NCBI GenBank assembly: GCA_028875575.1
Contig: JAPPDF010000080.1
Location: forward strand, 93,940 to 157,939
Reading direction: 5' to 3'
DNA from: Acidobacteriota bacterium
GTDB taxonomy: Bacteria > Acidobacteriota > Terriglobia > Versatilivoradales > Versatilivoraceae
Length of the DNA stretch: 64,000 nt
A program made the translations under genes and the position numbers. The notes under the pieces are model-generated. The model saw nothing but the letters and a program-made list of their open reading frames with translations, did no database searches and had not been told where the DNA came from. The first letter of the stretch is position 1. Every line of letters begins with the position of its first letter. This document shows, in pieces, positions 9,804-19,330 of this stretch.

Positions 9804-11015
9804 ATGGTGTACCGCCGGGACGGTGGGGAGTTCTGGTCGCGTCGCTTTCCCGACAAGAAGCCTCATCCCTCGACGAAATTCCCGATCCCGCTCCGGCTCC
9901 GGCCACGACTCCTGCTGGCCGCGGCCTTGATTCCCTGCCTGCTGGCGGGCGCGGGCTGGGCCCAGACCTGGCGGCAGGCCCGGCCCGGCTACCGCATGCA
10001 GTTTCCCCGCGACCACGCCAGCCACCCGGAGTACCGGATCGAGTGGTGGTACTACACGGGAAATCTGGCGGACAGCAACTCGCGGCGGTTCGGCTTCCAG
10101 CTCACCTTCTTTCGGGTGGGTGTCCGGAACCGACCGGAAAACCCTTCCCGCTGGGCGGTAAGAGACCTCTTCATGGCCCACTTGGCGTTGAGCGACCTCA
10201 AGACCGGCGGCTTTCATTTTGCCGAACGGTTGAACCGGGCCGGGCCGGGATGGGCCGGGGCTTCTACCGAAACCTACCGAGTCTGGAACGAGAGCTGGGA
10301 GGCCGAGTTCGACAGCGGCGGCCGCCACCGGCTCCAGGCACGGGACGAGGACTTCGGGATCGACCTGGAGCTGGAACCCGGCAGGAAACCTCTCCTGCAC
10401 GGCCAGGCCGGACTCAGCCGGAAAGGAGCTCAGGACGGGAACGCCTCTCACTACTATTCTCTGACGCGCATGCCCACGCGCGGCCGAATCTGGGTTGACG
10501 GCCGGAAATTCGAAGTCAGCGGGCTGAGCTGGATGGACCATGAATTCGGCACCAGCTTTCTGGAACCGGACCAGATCGGGTGGGACTGGTTCGCCCTCCA
10601 GTTGGACAATGGCCAGGACTTGATGCTGTTCCAACTGCGGAGGTCCGACGGCCGGCTCGACCCCCATTCCGGCGGGACTCTGCTGGAGGCCTCCGGACAA
10701 TCCCGTGCCCTGGGCAGGTCCGACTTTACTTTGGATCCGGTGGGGACCTGGCAGTCTCCCCACAGCGGAGCCCGCTATCCGATCCAATGGCACCTGAGCC
10801 TTCCCGGCCAGAGACTCAGCCTGACGGTGACCGCCGCCCAACCGGACCAGGAGCTGCGCACGCCGAGCTCTACCCAGGTCACCTACTGGGAGGGCGCCGT
10901 GGTGGTGACCGGCACCCGCGGCGCCAATCCGGTTACAGGCCGGGGATATCTGGAGATGACCGGTTACGCCGGCCAGTCGATGGGCGACGTGTTTCGGGGA
11001 GGCAGTGGAGATTGA
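9804..11015 (+). CDS. AttH/CrtC-like lipocalin-type (hydroxyneurosporene synthase-like) domain protein, secreted
   Basis: FPRDHASHPEYRIEWWYYTGNL plus the WMDHEFG motif are typical of the AttH/CrtC family. Signal-like LLLAAALIPCLLAGAGWA. ATG at 9804 (GTG at 9798 is also possible). Confidence 0.75.
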   Translation: MVYRRDGGEFWSRRFPDKKPHPSTKFPIPLRLRPRLLLAAALIPCLLAGAGWAQTWRQARPGYRMQFPRDHASHPEYRIEWWYYTGNLADSNSRRFGFQLTFFRVGVRNRPENPSRWAVRDLFMAHLALSDLKTGGFHFAERLNRAGPGWAGASTETYRVWNESWEAEFDSGGRHRLQARDEDFGIDLELEPGRKPLLHGQAGLSRKGAQDGNASHYYSLTRMPTRGRIWVDGRKFEVSGLSWMDHEFGTSFLEPDQIGWDWFALQLDNGQDLMLFQLRRSDGRLDPHSGGTLLEASGQSRALGRSDFTLDPVGTWQSPHSGARYPIQWHLSLPGQRLSLTVTAAQPDQELRTPSSTQVTYWEGAVVVTGTRGANPVTGRGYLEMTGYAGQSMGDVFRGGSGD

Positions 11016-11048
11016 AGTGTGAAGGATGAAGGGTGAAGGGTGAAAAGA
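11014..11048. repeat. Solo heptamer word array starting inside the stop codon of the AttH-like gene
   Basis: GAAGTGT GAAGGAT GAAGGGT GAAGGGT GAAAAGA, five phased 7-mers. No inverted partner nearby. Confidence 0.7.
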
Positions 11049-11118
11049 GGTTAGCCGGGAGCTGAGCTCCCGTGCGGATCACTCGAGGAAAACCCGGCGG
11101 ACGTTTATGAAAATGAAC

Positions 11119-11523
11119 CACGAATGAACACGAATAGGCACGAATACACTTGGGCCTCCTTCAACCACAAGAGGCGCCAAAATGCCTCTACAACTCTGTT
11201 GACCTGGCATGACTTCCAGTCATTCGTCGATAACCCCCTCGATGTCGTTTGGCCCACGCCCCAATTGACAGTTCGAGCATTTTGCAAAATTCGCAACGGG
11301 GCAGGTAATCTTGCCGGCAAACCTGAGGTCTTGCCTTTTTCAATATTGGGTGCGACCTGGTGAAAAATGTTTTCCAACTACAAAAAGCACAAAAGTCGCA
11401 AATTGTGTTTTTGTGCCTTTTGTGGCCGTTCCCGCTAAACGTCCCGCTGCCGAATATTTCAAAATGATCAATTCATCAATCCGATAATTGATGTTCATTC
11501 GTGTCCATTTGTGGTTCGTCGTT
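11119..11523. repeat. Word-array element A2 (10-nt word arms, AT-rich hairpin core)
   Basis: Left arm CACGAATGAA CACGAATAGG CACGAATACA (11119-11148). Right arm TTCATTCGTG TCCATTTGTG GTTCGTCGTT (11494-11523) is the reverse-complement word type. Core 11281-11466 is homologous to 6092-6270 and carries the conserved hairpin 11378-11394 / 11409-11425. Confidence 0.7.
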
Positions 11524-11593
11524 TCTCTGAGTGGATGTGTGTTTTCCCGAGATTGTTGGTCTGAGGCGTCGCCTCGCTAAGAGCCAAGCCTAA

Positions 11594-14095
11594 ATGGAAA
11601 TCGACGATACTCCCATCCTGCAGGCCGTGAATATCCGGCGCACTTATCCCGGAGTCGTGGCCCTTGGCGGCGTTTCCCTGGACTTGAATCCGGGAGAGGT
11701 GCACGCCCTGGTCGGCGAGAACGGCGCCGGCAAGAGCACCCTGATCAAGATCATCTGTGGGGCGCTGGCTCCCGACACAGGGGAGTTGTTCTTTCAGGGC
11801 CTTGCGGTGGCTTGGCCCAACCCCGTCGCCGCCCGAACCCGGGGGATCGTCACCGTCCACCAGGAACCTGAGCTGTTCCCCACCCTTTCGGTTGCCGAGA
11901 ACATGGCCATGGCCAGTGGGCTGCCGTTGCGCGGCTCCGGACTGGTGGATTGGAACCGTGTGAACCGGGAAGCGCGGGAAACGGTCCGGCAGATCGGGGA
12001 GAGGATCGACGTCCGTCAGCCAGCCTCCCGTCTCAGCGTGGCTCATCGCCAGATGATCCAGGTGGCGGCGGCCATTCTGCAGAATGCCAGGGTGGTGGTG
12101 CTGGACGAGCCCACCAGCGCCTTGAGCGAAGAGGAAGCCCGCTGGTTGTTCCAGCAGATCGAGCGTTTGAAGGCGGGCGGAGCCGGCATCCTCTACATCT
12201 CCCATCGCCAGGAAGAGATCTTTCGCCTGGCCGATCGTATTACGGTCCTGCGGGACGGACTCAGGGTGTGGACTCGGGCCAGACAGGCCGTCGGTCCCGA
12301 GGAGACCATCGAGGCCATGGTTGGGCGGCCGGCTTCGACCGTGGGAGCTTCTCCCGCCGGCCAGGCAGGCTCGCCCACTCCCAAGGAGGGTCCCGTCCGC
12401 TTGCAGGTCAGCGGGTTCACCGACCGAAGTGGTCGCTTTCGACAAATCGATCTGGAGGTGGGCTCGGGTGAAATCGTGGGGATCTATGGCCTGGTGGGGG
12501 CCGGGCGTAGCGAGTTTGCCCGGGGCGTGTTCGGTCTGAGGCCCGCCGACGGCCTGGTCCGGATAGACGGCAACGCCTGCGAGATTCGCCGGCCCCGTGA
12601 AGCGCTGCAGGCCGGTATCGCCTACGTCCCCGAGGACCGCCTGAGCCAGGGACTCTGCCTGGGCCTGCCCGTTCGCTCCAACGCGGTGCTTTCGACCCTG
12701 AGACGCTGGACTCGGGGCCTCTTGGCCAGCAGGACCCGCGAGCAGCAGGCGACGCGCCTGGTCGCCGGACGGCTGGCGGTGCGTTACCGCTCCACCGAGC
12801 AGCCGGTCCAACAACTGTCAGGCGGCAACCAGCAGAAAGTGGTCCTGGGGCGCTGGCTGTTGGCTCAGCCCAAGGTGCTCATCCTGGACGAACCCACTCG
12901 CGGAGTGGACGTAGGAGCCAAAGCCGAGATCCACCGGCATTTGCGCCTCCTTGCGGGGGAGGGCTGCGCCATCCTCCTGATCTCTTCGGAACTGCCCGAG
13001 GTCATGGAACACGCCGACCGGGTGGTGGTCTTTCGCGAGGGGGAAATTGGCGGGGAGTTCGATCCCCGCCAGACCGGCCCCGCCCGGGTCGCCGCCGTGG
13101 CCCTGCCCCGCCAGAGCACGGAGGAGCTGTCCGCCGCAGAGTCTCGATCCGCCGAATCCCGCTTTCGGGGCCGCTCCTTCAACGAACTGGCGCTGCTAAT
13201 TTGCGTAGCGGGGCTCGGCCTGTGGCTGACGGTTTCCACCGAGGGGTTCAGCCTGTTGAACCTGCTGACTCATGCCTCTCTTTGGGCCATTCTGGGACTG
13301 GCAGCCGCCTCGGTCATCGTGGGCCGGGGTATCGACATTTCCATCGGCTCGATGGTTGCTCTGTCGGCGGCTTCCGCCGCCATGGTCCTGAAGCTGCCCT
13401 ATTCGGCCGAGATCTTGATTCCGGTCGCCATTTTGGCCGGACTGCTGGCCGGAACGGCGGCAGGCGTTCTCAACGCGGTTCTGGCGCTGCTGGGAGGGCT
13501 GCACCCTATCGTGGTCACTTTGGGGACCCTGACCATCTATCGCGGATTGGTGATCGCCATGCTGGGGGGGAAACCCATGACCGGACTGCCGCCCGAGTTC
13601 GGCCGGCTGGCCATCGATCCGGCAACCGGGTTCCGGGGCGCGGTGGCGGTGGCTGTCCTGGTCGTCCTGCTGGTTTATCTCTGGATGGCGCACACCCGCA
13701 GCGGCCGGCAGGTCTACGCACTGGGCTCGTCCCCCCGAGCCGCCGGACTGCTGGGTCTTTCCAGGGCACGCCTCTGGCCGGTCACCTTTGGTCTGGGTGG
13801 ACTGCTGGCCGGCGTGGCCGGAGTGCTCCAGCTCTCCATGGGCCAGCAGATGCAAGCCCGCCTTGGAGCCGGCTGGGAGCTGAGCGCCATCGCCGTGGCC
13901 GTCATCGGCGGCGTGGGAATCACCGGCGGCCGCGGAACGGTGCTGGGTGTGGTGCTGGGCGCTCTCCTGCTGCGACTGGTCAACAGCGCTCTGGTACGCT
14001 GGGGCGTCTCGGATCAACAGACGGACCTGGTGGTGGGCAGCCTGATCCTGGCGGCGCTGCTGCTGGATCTGGCCTGGCGGGGGTGGAAGCGATGA
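11594..14095 (+). CDS. CUT2-type sugar ABC importer, fused double-NBD ATPase plus permease
   Basis: Single open frame of 833 aa. NBD1: GENGAGKST, LSVAHRQMIQVA, VVVLDEPTSAL. NBD2: GLVGAGRSEF, LSGGNQQKVVLGRWL, ILDEPTRGVD. A linker is followed by an RbsC/AraH-type permease (GIDISIGSMVAL, multiple TM helices). Confidence 0.85.
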   Translation: MEIDDTPILQAVNIRRTYPGVVALGGVSLDLNPGEVHALVGENGAGKSTLIKIICGALAPDTGELFFQGLAVAWPNPVAARTRGIVTVHQEPELFPTLSVAENMAMASGLPLRGSGLVDWNRVNREARETVRQIGERIDVRQPASRLSVAHRQMIQVAAAILQNARVVVLDEPTSALSEEEARWLFQQIERLKAGGAGILYISHRQEEIFRLADRITVLRDGLRVWTRARQAVGPEETIEAMVGRPASTVGASPAGQAGSPTPKEGPVRLQVSGFTDRSGRFRQIDLEVGSGEIVGIYGLVGAGRSEFARGVFGLRPADGLVRIDGNACEIRRPREALQAGIAYVPEDRLSQGLCLGLPVRSNAVLSTLRRWTRGLLASRTREQQATRLVAGRLAVRYRSTEQPVQQLSGGNQQKVVLGRWLLAQPKVLILDEPTRGVDVGAKAEIHRHLRLLAGEGCAILLISSELPEVMEHADRVVVFREGEIGGEFDPRQTGPARVAAVALPRQSTEELSAAESRSAESRFRGRSFNELALLICVAGLGLWLTVSTEGFSLLNLLTHASLWAILGLAAASVIVGRGIDISIGSMVALSAASAAMVLKLPYSAEILIPVAILAGLLAGTAAGVLNAVLALLGGLHPIVVTLGTLTIYRGLVIAMLGGKPMTGLPPEFGRLAIDPATGFRGAVAVAVLVVLLVYLWMAHTRSGRQVYALGSSPRAAGLLGLSRARLWPVTFGLGGLLAGVAGVLQLSMGQQMQARLGAGWELSAIAVAVIGGVGITGGRGTVLGVVLGALLLRLVNSALVRWGVSDQQTDLVVGSLILAALLLDLAWRGWKR

Positions 14096-15075
14096 GCTGG
14101 CTCGAGAGGGTGAGCGCGGGGGCGGAGACTGCCCCGCCGGCCGGGCGTTCCAATCGCCGGGTATTCGGTCTGCTCCCATGGGTATTGTTGGCCCTGGCCC
14201 TGTTGCTGGTCTTCTCCCAGGTCCGGCGGCCGGCTTTGCTGGTGGAGGTCTGGGTTCCGTGGATCGAGGTGGGGATCCTGGCCTTCGTCATGACCGCCAT
14301 CATACTGACCGGCGGCATCGATCTGTCGGTGGGCTCCATGGTAGCCCTCACCGGCATGGTTCAGGCCGTGCTGTGGCAGGACTGGGGCTGGTCCATCGAA
14401 GCCGCGGCCGGCGGCGCCCTGCTGGCCGGGGCGATGGCCGGGGGTTTGAACGGCCTGCTGGTGATTGCCGGCCTCTCGCCCCTGGTGGCCACCCTGGCCA
14501 CCATGGCTCTCTATCGCGGGCTGGCCATCACCGTCGCCGGCGGGGACCGCATCACCGGTTTTCCGCAGTCCTTTCTGGACATGGGACGGCTGTTGGGAAT
14601 CCCCAGCCAGTTCTGGCTGGCAGGCCTGGTGCTCGCGGGAATGGTCCTGCTGGTGCATCACAGCCGCTTCGGGCGCTGGTGCTTCGCCATGGGAGACAAC
14701 CGCCAGGCCGCGCGTTTTGCCGCCGTTCCCGTCAACAAAGTCGAAGGGGTTCTGTATACTATCAACGGTCTGGTGGCCGCCTCGGTGGCCGTTCTGGGAG
14801 CCATGCGGCACGACGCGTCCATCCCGGACGCCCACATCGGCACCGAGCTGCAGGTCATTGCCTGCGTGGTGGTGGGAGGCACCCTGATCACCGGCGGCAG
14901 AGGCAGCGTGCACCGCTCGTTGCTGGGGCTGGCCGTCATCTCCCATCTGGACGTGGGCCTTCAGTTTCTCAGTTCCCGTCTGGCCTGGCTGACCGCCGAG
15001 TCCCGGCTGATTGCCATCGGCATCCTGCTGATCCTGGTTGCCGTCTGGAACCAACGGAGCCAGAAGGAGAGTTGA
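14092..15075 (+). CDS. Sugar ABC transporter permease (RbsC/RhaQ-type)
   Basis: ATGA overlap with the upstream stop. GGIDLSVGSMVALTG and about 9-10 TM helices. In-frame portion of ORF 13201..15075. Confidence 0.85.
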   Translation: MSWLERVSAGAETAPPAGRSNRRVFGLLPWVLLALALLLVFSQVRRPALLVEVWVPWIEVGILAFVMTAIILTGGIDLSVGSMVALTGMVQAVLWQDWGWSIEAAAGGALLAGAMAGGLNGLLVIAGLSPLVATLATMALYRGLAITVAGGDRITGFPQSFLDMGRLLGIPSQFWLAGLVLAGMVLLVHHSRFGRWCFAMGDNRQAARFAAVPVNKVEGVLYTINGLVAASVAVLGAMRHDASIPDAHIGTELQVIACVVVGGTLITGGRGSVHRSLLGLAVISHLDVGLQFLSSRLAWLTAESRLIAIGILLILVAVWNQRSQKES

Positions 15076-15103
15076 CTTTGCGGGCCGGTGGGAAGGAGGA
15101 GCC

Positions 15104-16120
15104 ATGAAGCACGGAAGCGTCAGGAGGAATGGAGGCTTGATGCTGGTGGTCCTGCTGGCCGCCCTGGGCATCCGCTGTGCCGGGCCCGAAGGAGACGAAG
15201 CCCTGCGGATCGCCATGATTCCCAAGCTGGTGGGCATCGGCTATTTCGAAGCGACCGAGCAGGGAGCCCGGGAAGCCGCCCGGGAACTGGATGTCGAGCT
15301 CGTCTATGACGGCCCCACCGACGCCCGCACCGAGGACCAGATCAAGATGATCGACGGGTGGATGGCCCAGGGGTTCGAGGTGATTGCGGTGGCTCCCAAC
15401 GACCCAGAGGCCATCTCCCGAACGCTGCGCAGCGCCGGGGAGAGCGGCGCCCTGGTCCTCACCTGGGACACCGATGCCAATCCTGAACTCTCGCGGCGCT
15501 CCGTCTTTGTGAACCAGGCCCCCAATCGGGCGATCGGCCACACCCTGGTCGACATTATGGCCGAAGGAGTCCGGGCGCAGGGCGCTTCCCTGCCGGGCGA
15601 TTACCTCATCGTCAGCGGCACGCCCACGGCGTCCAACCAGAACACCTGGATGAAATACATGCGGGAGCGGATTCGAGAGAAATACCCGGAAATGCGGCTG
15701 CTCCAGCATCTGACCCCCGGGGAGGACCAGCAGAAATGCCAGGAGCAGACGGCCGAAGCCCTCAGCGCCTACCCGGATCTGAAGGGCATCTGGGGCATCA
15801 CCTCCGTCTCATTTCCCGCAGTGGCCAAGGCCGTGCGTGACGCCAACAAGATCGGTCAGATTGAGGTGACCGGGCTGGGCATGCCCGAGGAGATGCGGGA
15901 ATATGTCAAGGATGGAACCGTCCGCGAGTTCTGCCTCTGGGATCCGGTCGACCTGGGTTATCTGACCATTCGGGTGGCCCATCGGCTCAAGCAGGGCCCA
16001 CTGCCTCCGGGGCGCTATGACTTCGGCAGGCTCAAGGGGGTGGAGGTGCGGGAAGGGGAAGTCCTGCTGGGCCCGCCGCTAATTTTCGACGCCGGCAATA
16101 TCGACAACTACAACTTCTGA
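15104..16120 (+). CDS. Sugar ABC transporter substrate-binding protein (RhaS/LsrB-like periplasmic binding protein type I)
   Basis: ATG at 15104. Signal/lipobox-like LLAALGIRCAG. RIAMIPKLVGIGYFEATEQGAREAARELDVELVYDGPT...VIAVAPNDP resembles rhamnose/AI-2-type binding proteins. Confidence 0.75.
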   Translation: MKHGSVRRNGGLMLVVLLAALGIRCAGPEGDEALRIAMIPKLVGIGYFEATEQGAREAARELDVELVYDGPTDARTEDQIKMIDGWMAQGFEVIAVAPNDPEAISRTLRSAGESGALVLTWDTDANPELSRRSVFVNQAPNRAIGHTLVDIMAEGVRAQGASLPGDYLIVSGTPTASNQNTWMKYMRERIREKYPEMRLLQHLTPGEDQQKCQEQTAEALSAYPDLKGIWGITSVSFPAVAKAVRDANKIGQIEVTGLGMPEEMREYVKDGTVREFCLWDPVDLGYLTIRVAHRLKQGPLPPGRYDFGRLKGVEVREGEVLLGPPLIFDAGNIDNYNF

Positions 16121-16213
16121 GGGCGCCGAAAAATTTTGCCGGCAAGGTGCCCTCCCGCTCCCGGCAGATCCTGTCCTGGTACGGATTTCCCTGTTTCACC
16201 GAGGATCGCATTC

Positions 16214-17047
16214 ATGCGCCATTCAAGAATTCACCTCTGCCTGGTGGCGGCCTTGCTGCTGGCGGCTTCGGGTTGCGGTCCCGAGGAGCCGGCCGATTCC
16301 GGCAAAACGCGCCTGTTGCTGATCGGCCAGGGCCCTGACGGCCATCCCCCCGGGACCCACGAGTTTCTGCCCGGTGTGCGCATCCTGAATCACTGCCTGA
16401 GGCAGTTCCCCGACCTGGAGGCGGTGGTGGTTTCGGCAGACGAGCCCTGGAGCGAGGGTCCGGCCCTGCTGGATTCGGCCGCCGGCCTGGTTCTCTTTGT
16501 TTCGCAGGGAGCCAAGTGGCTGAGCAACGACGCCGACCGTTTGGCGGCCATGCAGCGATTCGCCCGCAAGGGCGGGGCGATGGTGGTGCTTCATTGGGGA
16601 ATGGGCACGGTCGAAGCCGCCAACATCGCCAATTTCGTCAAGCTGTTCGGCGGCTGCCACGGCGGCCCGGACCGCAAGCACGACACCCTGGAGGTGACGG
16701 CCAGGATCCCGGCGCCCAACCACCCGGTCACCCGGGGCATTACCGATTTCACCGTCCACGACGAGTTCTACTACCGCCTCAAGTTCGTACAGCCCACCTC
16801 GAGCATCTTCCCGCTGGTGCAGGCCGACATCGAGGAAAAGCGGGAGACCGTGGCCTGGGCCTGGGAACGCGGCGACGGGGGGCGCTCGTTCGGCTTCAGC
16901 GGCTTGCATTTCCACAGGAACTGGCGACTGGAGCCCTACCGCCGGCTGGCGGTTCAGGCCGTTTTGTGGGCGTTGCGACTGCCGGCCCCGGAGAGCGGGA
17001 TCGACCTGGGTGTCCCCGAGGAGTTGCTGAACCTGTCGTCGAGTTGA
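16214..17047 (+). CDS. ThuA domain-containing lipoprotein
   Basis: ATG at 16214. Lipobox LLLAASGC. ThuA-like class I glutamine-amidotransferase-like fold pattern (LLLIGQGPDGHPPGTHEF...MVVLHWG...HPVTRGI..F...DEFYY). Confidence 0.7.
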   Translation: MRHSRIHLCLVAALLLAASGCGPEEPADSGKTRLLLIGQGPDGHPPGTHEFLPGVRILNHCLRQFPDLEAVVVSADEPWSEGPALLDSAAGLVLFVSQGAKWLSNDADRLAAMQRFARKGGAMVVLHWGMGTVEAANIANFVKLFGGCHGGPDRKHDTLEVTARIPAPNHPVTRGITDFTVHDEFYYRLKFVQPTSSIFPLVQADIEEKRETVAWAWERGDGGRSFGFSGLHFHRNWRLEPYRRLAVQAVLWALRLPAPESGIDLGVPEELLNLSSS

Positions 17048-17398
17048 ACTGTCTCACCGCCGATCGGCCCCGCCGGCCGGTGAGGGCCGAACCCCTGCTC
17101 CGGCCCTGTCCTGGTGTTCTACCTCAGAAACAGGGTTGCCATCTTTGGGAGCGCAACGGCGCCGGATTCCAGGAGCGACGAGGAGCCAATGCTCATTCAT
17201 TGCGAGGAGGAGCGACGACGAAGACGGTGCCGTTCCGCCCGAACCCGGAGGGCCGATGGAGGTCCCCGGGAGGGAGAGCAGAATGGCGACGGTTTCGCTG
17301 AAACGTAACGGGCCACTACTAGAGACCGTTTCGCGGTGGAACCTCCATCGGAGATGGTAATCCTATTTCTGAGACAGGACACCAGGGAGTTGACTGGG

Positions 17399-17689
17399 AT
17401 GAAAATCTGGTTCTACCGCTTCACGGCGGTCCATTTTTGCCTGACGGCGCTCACTGGGATGATCCTCTACTTCCGCCCCCATAGCGGAAGTGAAGGCTGG
17501 TACTCCGAACAGACCAAGGAATGGCTGGTTGGCCTGCACAACGGGGAACTCTGGAGCGATCTCCTGCTCGGCAACGGCCTCCTTTCCGGGATAGCGATCG
17601 GCCTGGTGCTGTCAGCAACCCTCATCCTCTTCTCGGTCAGGAGTCTCAGGGGCCGGCAGCGGAAAGGCTCCGAACAGGGAAACGGGTGA
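17399..17689 (+). CDS. Small membrane protein (PepSY-TM-like), function unknown
   Basis: ATG at 17399. 96 aa with two hydrophobic helices (FTAVHFCLTALTGMILYF; LLSGIAIGLVLSATLILF). Ends 4 nt before the next gene. Confidence 0.5.
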   Translation: MKIWFYRFTAVHFCLTALTGMILYFRPHSGSEGWYSEQTKEWLVGLHNGELWSDLLLGNGLLSGIAIGLVLSATLILFSVRSLRGRQRKGSEQGNG

Positions 17690-17693
17690 CCCC

Positions 17694-19256
17694 GTGACGC
17701 TCCAGCAGCCGTGGATCCTCGGCACGGCCCTGCTCTTGTTGGCCGTCAGTCCCTTTCCAGCCTGTGCCCCAGCGCCGGTCACCGCCCCTGAAGACGCGCT
17801 TGCCTTGGGCAGCCGGCGGCAACTCTTCCTCGACGACAACCTCACCCGGTCGATGACCGGGCTTACCCGCGTTCTGCACCAACCTGAAAAGGTCTCGGGC
17901 AACCCACTGCTTTCACGCATTCCCAAGGAGAGCGGCGCCTGGGACGCCGGCATGTTCATCGGGTTTTCAAGCGTCCTCTACGACCGGCAGGAGGGGCTGT
18001 TCAAGATCTGGTACGGCCTCCACCCTGGAGAGGGAGGGGACGAACTGTCCCGTCTCTGCTATGCCACAAGCCGGGACGGGGTGCATTGGCAAAAGCCCCT
18101 GCTGGGAATGATTGAAGCGGACGGCAGCAAGCGCAACAACGTCGTCATGCCCCATAGTGGGGTGGCCAGCGGGGTCTTCCTCGACGAAAGGGAGCCCGAT
18201 CCGAACCGTCGGTACAAGATGTTGCACATGTGGAAGGGCTACAAGGTCCACGCTTCCTATTCCGCCGACGGCTTGAAGTGGAAACCCTACAACCAGGGGC
18301 GTCCGGTGCTGTTCGTTCCACCCGGCCACGACAGCCACATGGCGCCCTACTGGGACGAGACCCTCGGCAAGTACGTGGCCATCGTGAGGGACCGCACCGG
18401 ACGCATTTCGGAGGTGCGGCCCCGCCTGACCACCGACCCGGAGGCCGTCGAAACCTGGCGGCAGCTCTGGGACCCCCGGCGCGAGCGCCATCCCCGCAAT
18501 CACAGCCTGCGTCGAGTGGGCCAGGCGCTCAGCCGGGACTTCGTGCATTGGACCGACTACCGCCCCATCCTGGGAGCGGACGCCCAAGACCCTCTCAATC
18601 GGGACCAGTTCTACAACATGGAGGTCCTGGCCTACGACGGCCTGCGCCTGGGCCTGATGACGGTCTTCAGCTACGACCCCGAGTACTGCCGGGGAGCGGT
18701 GCAGCTCACCTACAGCCGGGACGGCAGGAACTGGCTGCGGGCCGGCGACCGCCGGGTGTTCCTGCCGCTTTCCCAAAGGCCGGGAGACTTCGACTGGGGC
18801 ACCATCTATCCCCTGCAGGCGCCGCTGCTGGTGGGGGATGAAATCTGGATCTACTACACCGGCTTCGGGGTAGATCACAACCACAGACGCCCGCCGGGGA
18901 TCTCCCGCGTGACCAACGGCATCGGCCTGGCCAAGCTCAGAATGGATGGATTCGTCTCGCTGGAGGCCGGTTCGGCCGAGGGAAGCCTCACCACCAGGCC
19001 CTTCACCTTCGAAGGGGAGCGCCTGACCATCAACGCCGCCGCTCCTCGAGGTCGGGTCCAGGTGGAGATCCTCGGCAGTGACGGTCTCCCCCTGGAGGGG
19101 TACGGCAAGGGCGAGTGCCTGATGGAGCGTTTTGATGAGACCCGGCAGGTGGTTCGCTGGAACGGAAGGGAAGGCCTCGGTCACCTGCAGGAACAGGTTG
19201 TTCAATTGAAGTTCACGCTGCAGCAGGCCAGGCTCTATTCATTCAGGTTCTTTTGA
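17694..19256 (+). CDS. Secreted beta-propeller glycoside-hydrolase-like protein (GH43/32/130-like superfamily guess)
   Basis: GTG start with a signal-like N-terminus. Repeated blade-like motifs (ATSRDGVHWQKP, YSADGLKWKPY, YSRDGRNWLR). The family assignment is by eye only. Confidence 0.45.
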   Translation: MTLQQPWILGTALLLLAVSPFPACAPAPVTAPEDALALGSRRQLFLDDNLTRSMTGLTRVLHQPEKVSGNPLLSRIPKESGAWDAGMFIGFSSVLYDRQEGLFKIWYGLHPGEGGDELSRLCYATSRDGVHWQKPLLGMIEADGSKRNNVVMPHSGVASGVFLDEREPDPNRRYKMLHMWKGYKVHASYSADGLKWKPYNQGRPVLFVPPGHDSHMAPYWDETLGKYVAIVRDRTGRISEVRPRLTTDPEAVETWRQLWDPRRERHPRNHSLRRVGQALSRDFVHWTDYRPILGADAQDPLNRDQFYNMEVLAYDGLRLGLMTVFSYDPEYCRGAVQLTYSRDGRNWLRAGDRRVFLPLSQRPGDFDWGTIYPLQAPLLVGDEIWIYYTGFGVDHNHRRPPGISRVTNGIGLAKLRMDGFVSLEAGSAEGSLTTRPFTFEGERLTINAAAPRGRVQVEILGSDGLPLEGYGKGECLMERFDETRQVVRWNGREGLGHLQEQVVQLKFTLQQARLYSFRFF

Positions 19257-19286
19257 CTCTTCGTGGTTCACCGTGGTCCTTCGTGG
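19257..19286. repeat. Solo decamer word array directly after a stop codon
   Basis: CTCTTCGTGG TTCACCGTGG TCCTTCGTGG. This is the reverse-complement word type of class A (CCACGAAGG). It begins 1 nt after the TGA at 19254-19256. Confidence 0.65.
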
Positions 19287-19330
19287 GTATTTTCCCCCTT
19301 CATTGCTTTCCGGTCTGAAGCAGCGGTTGA

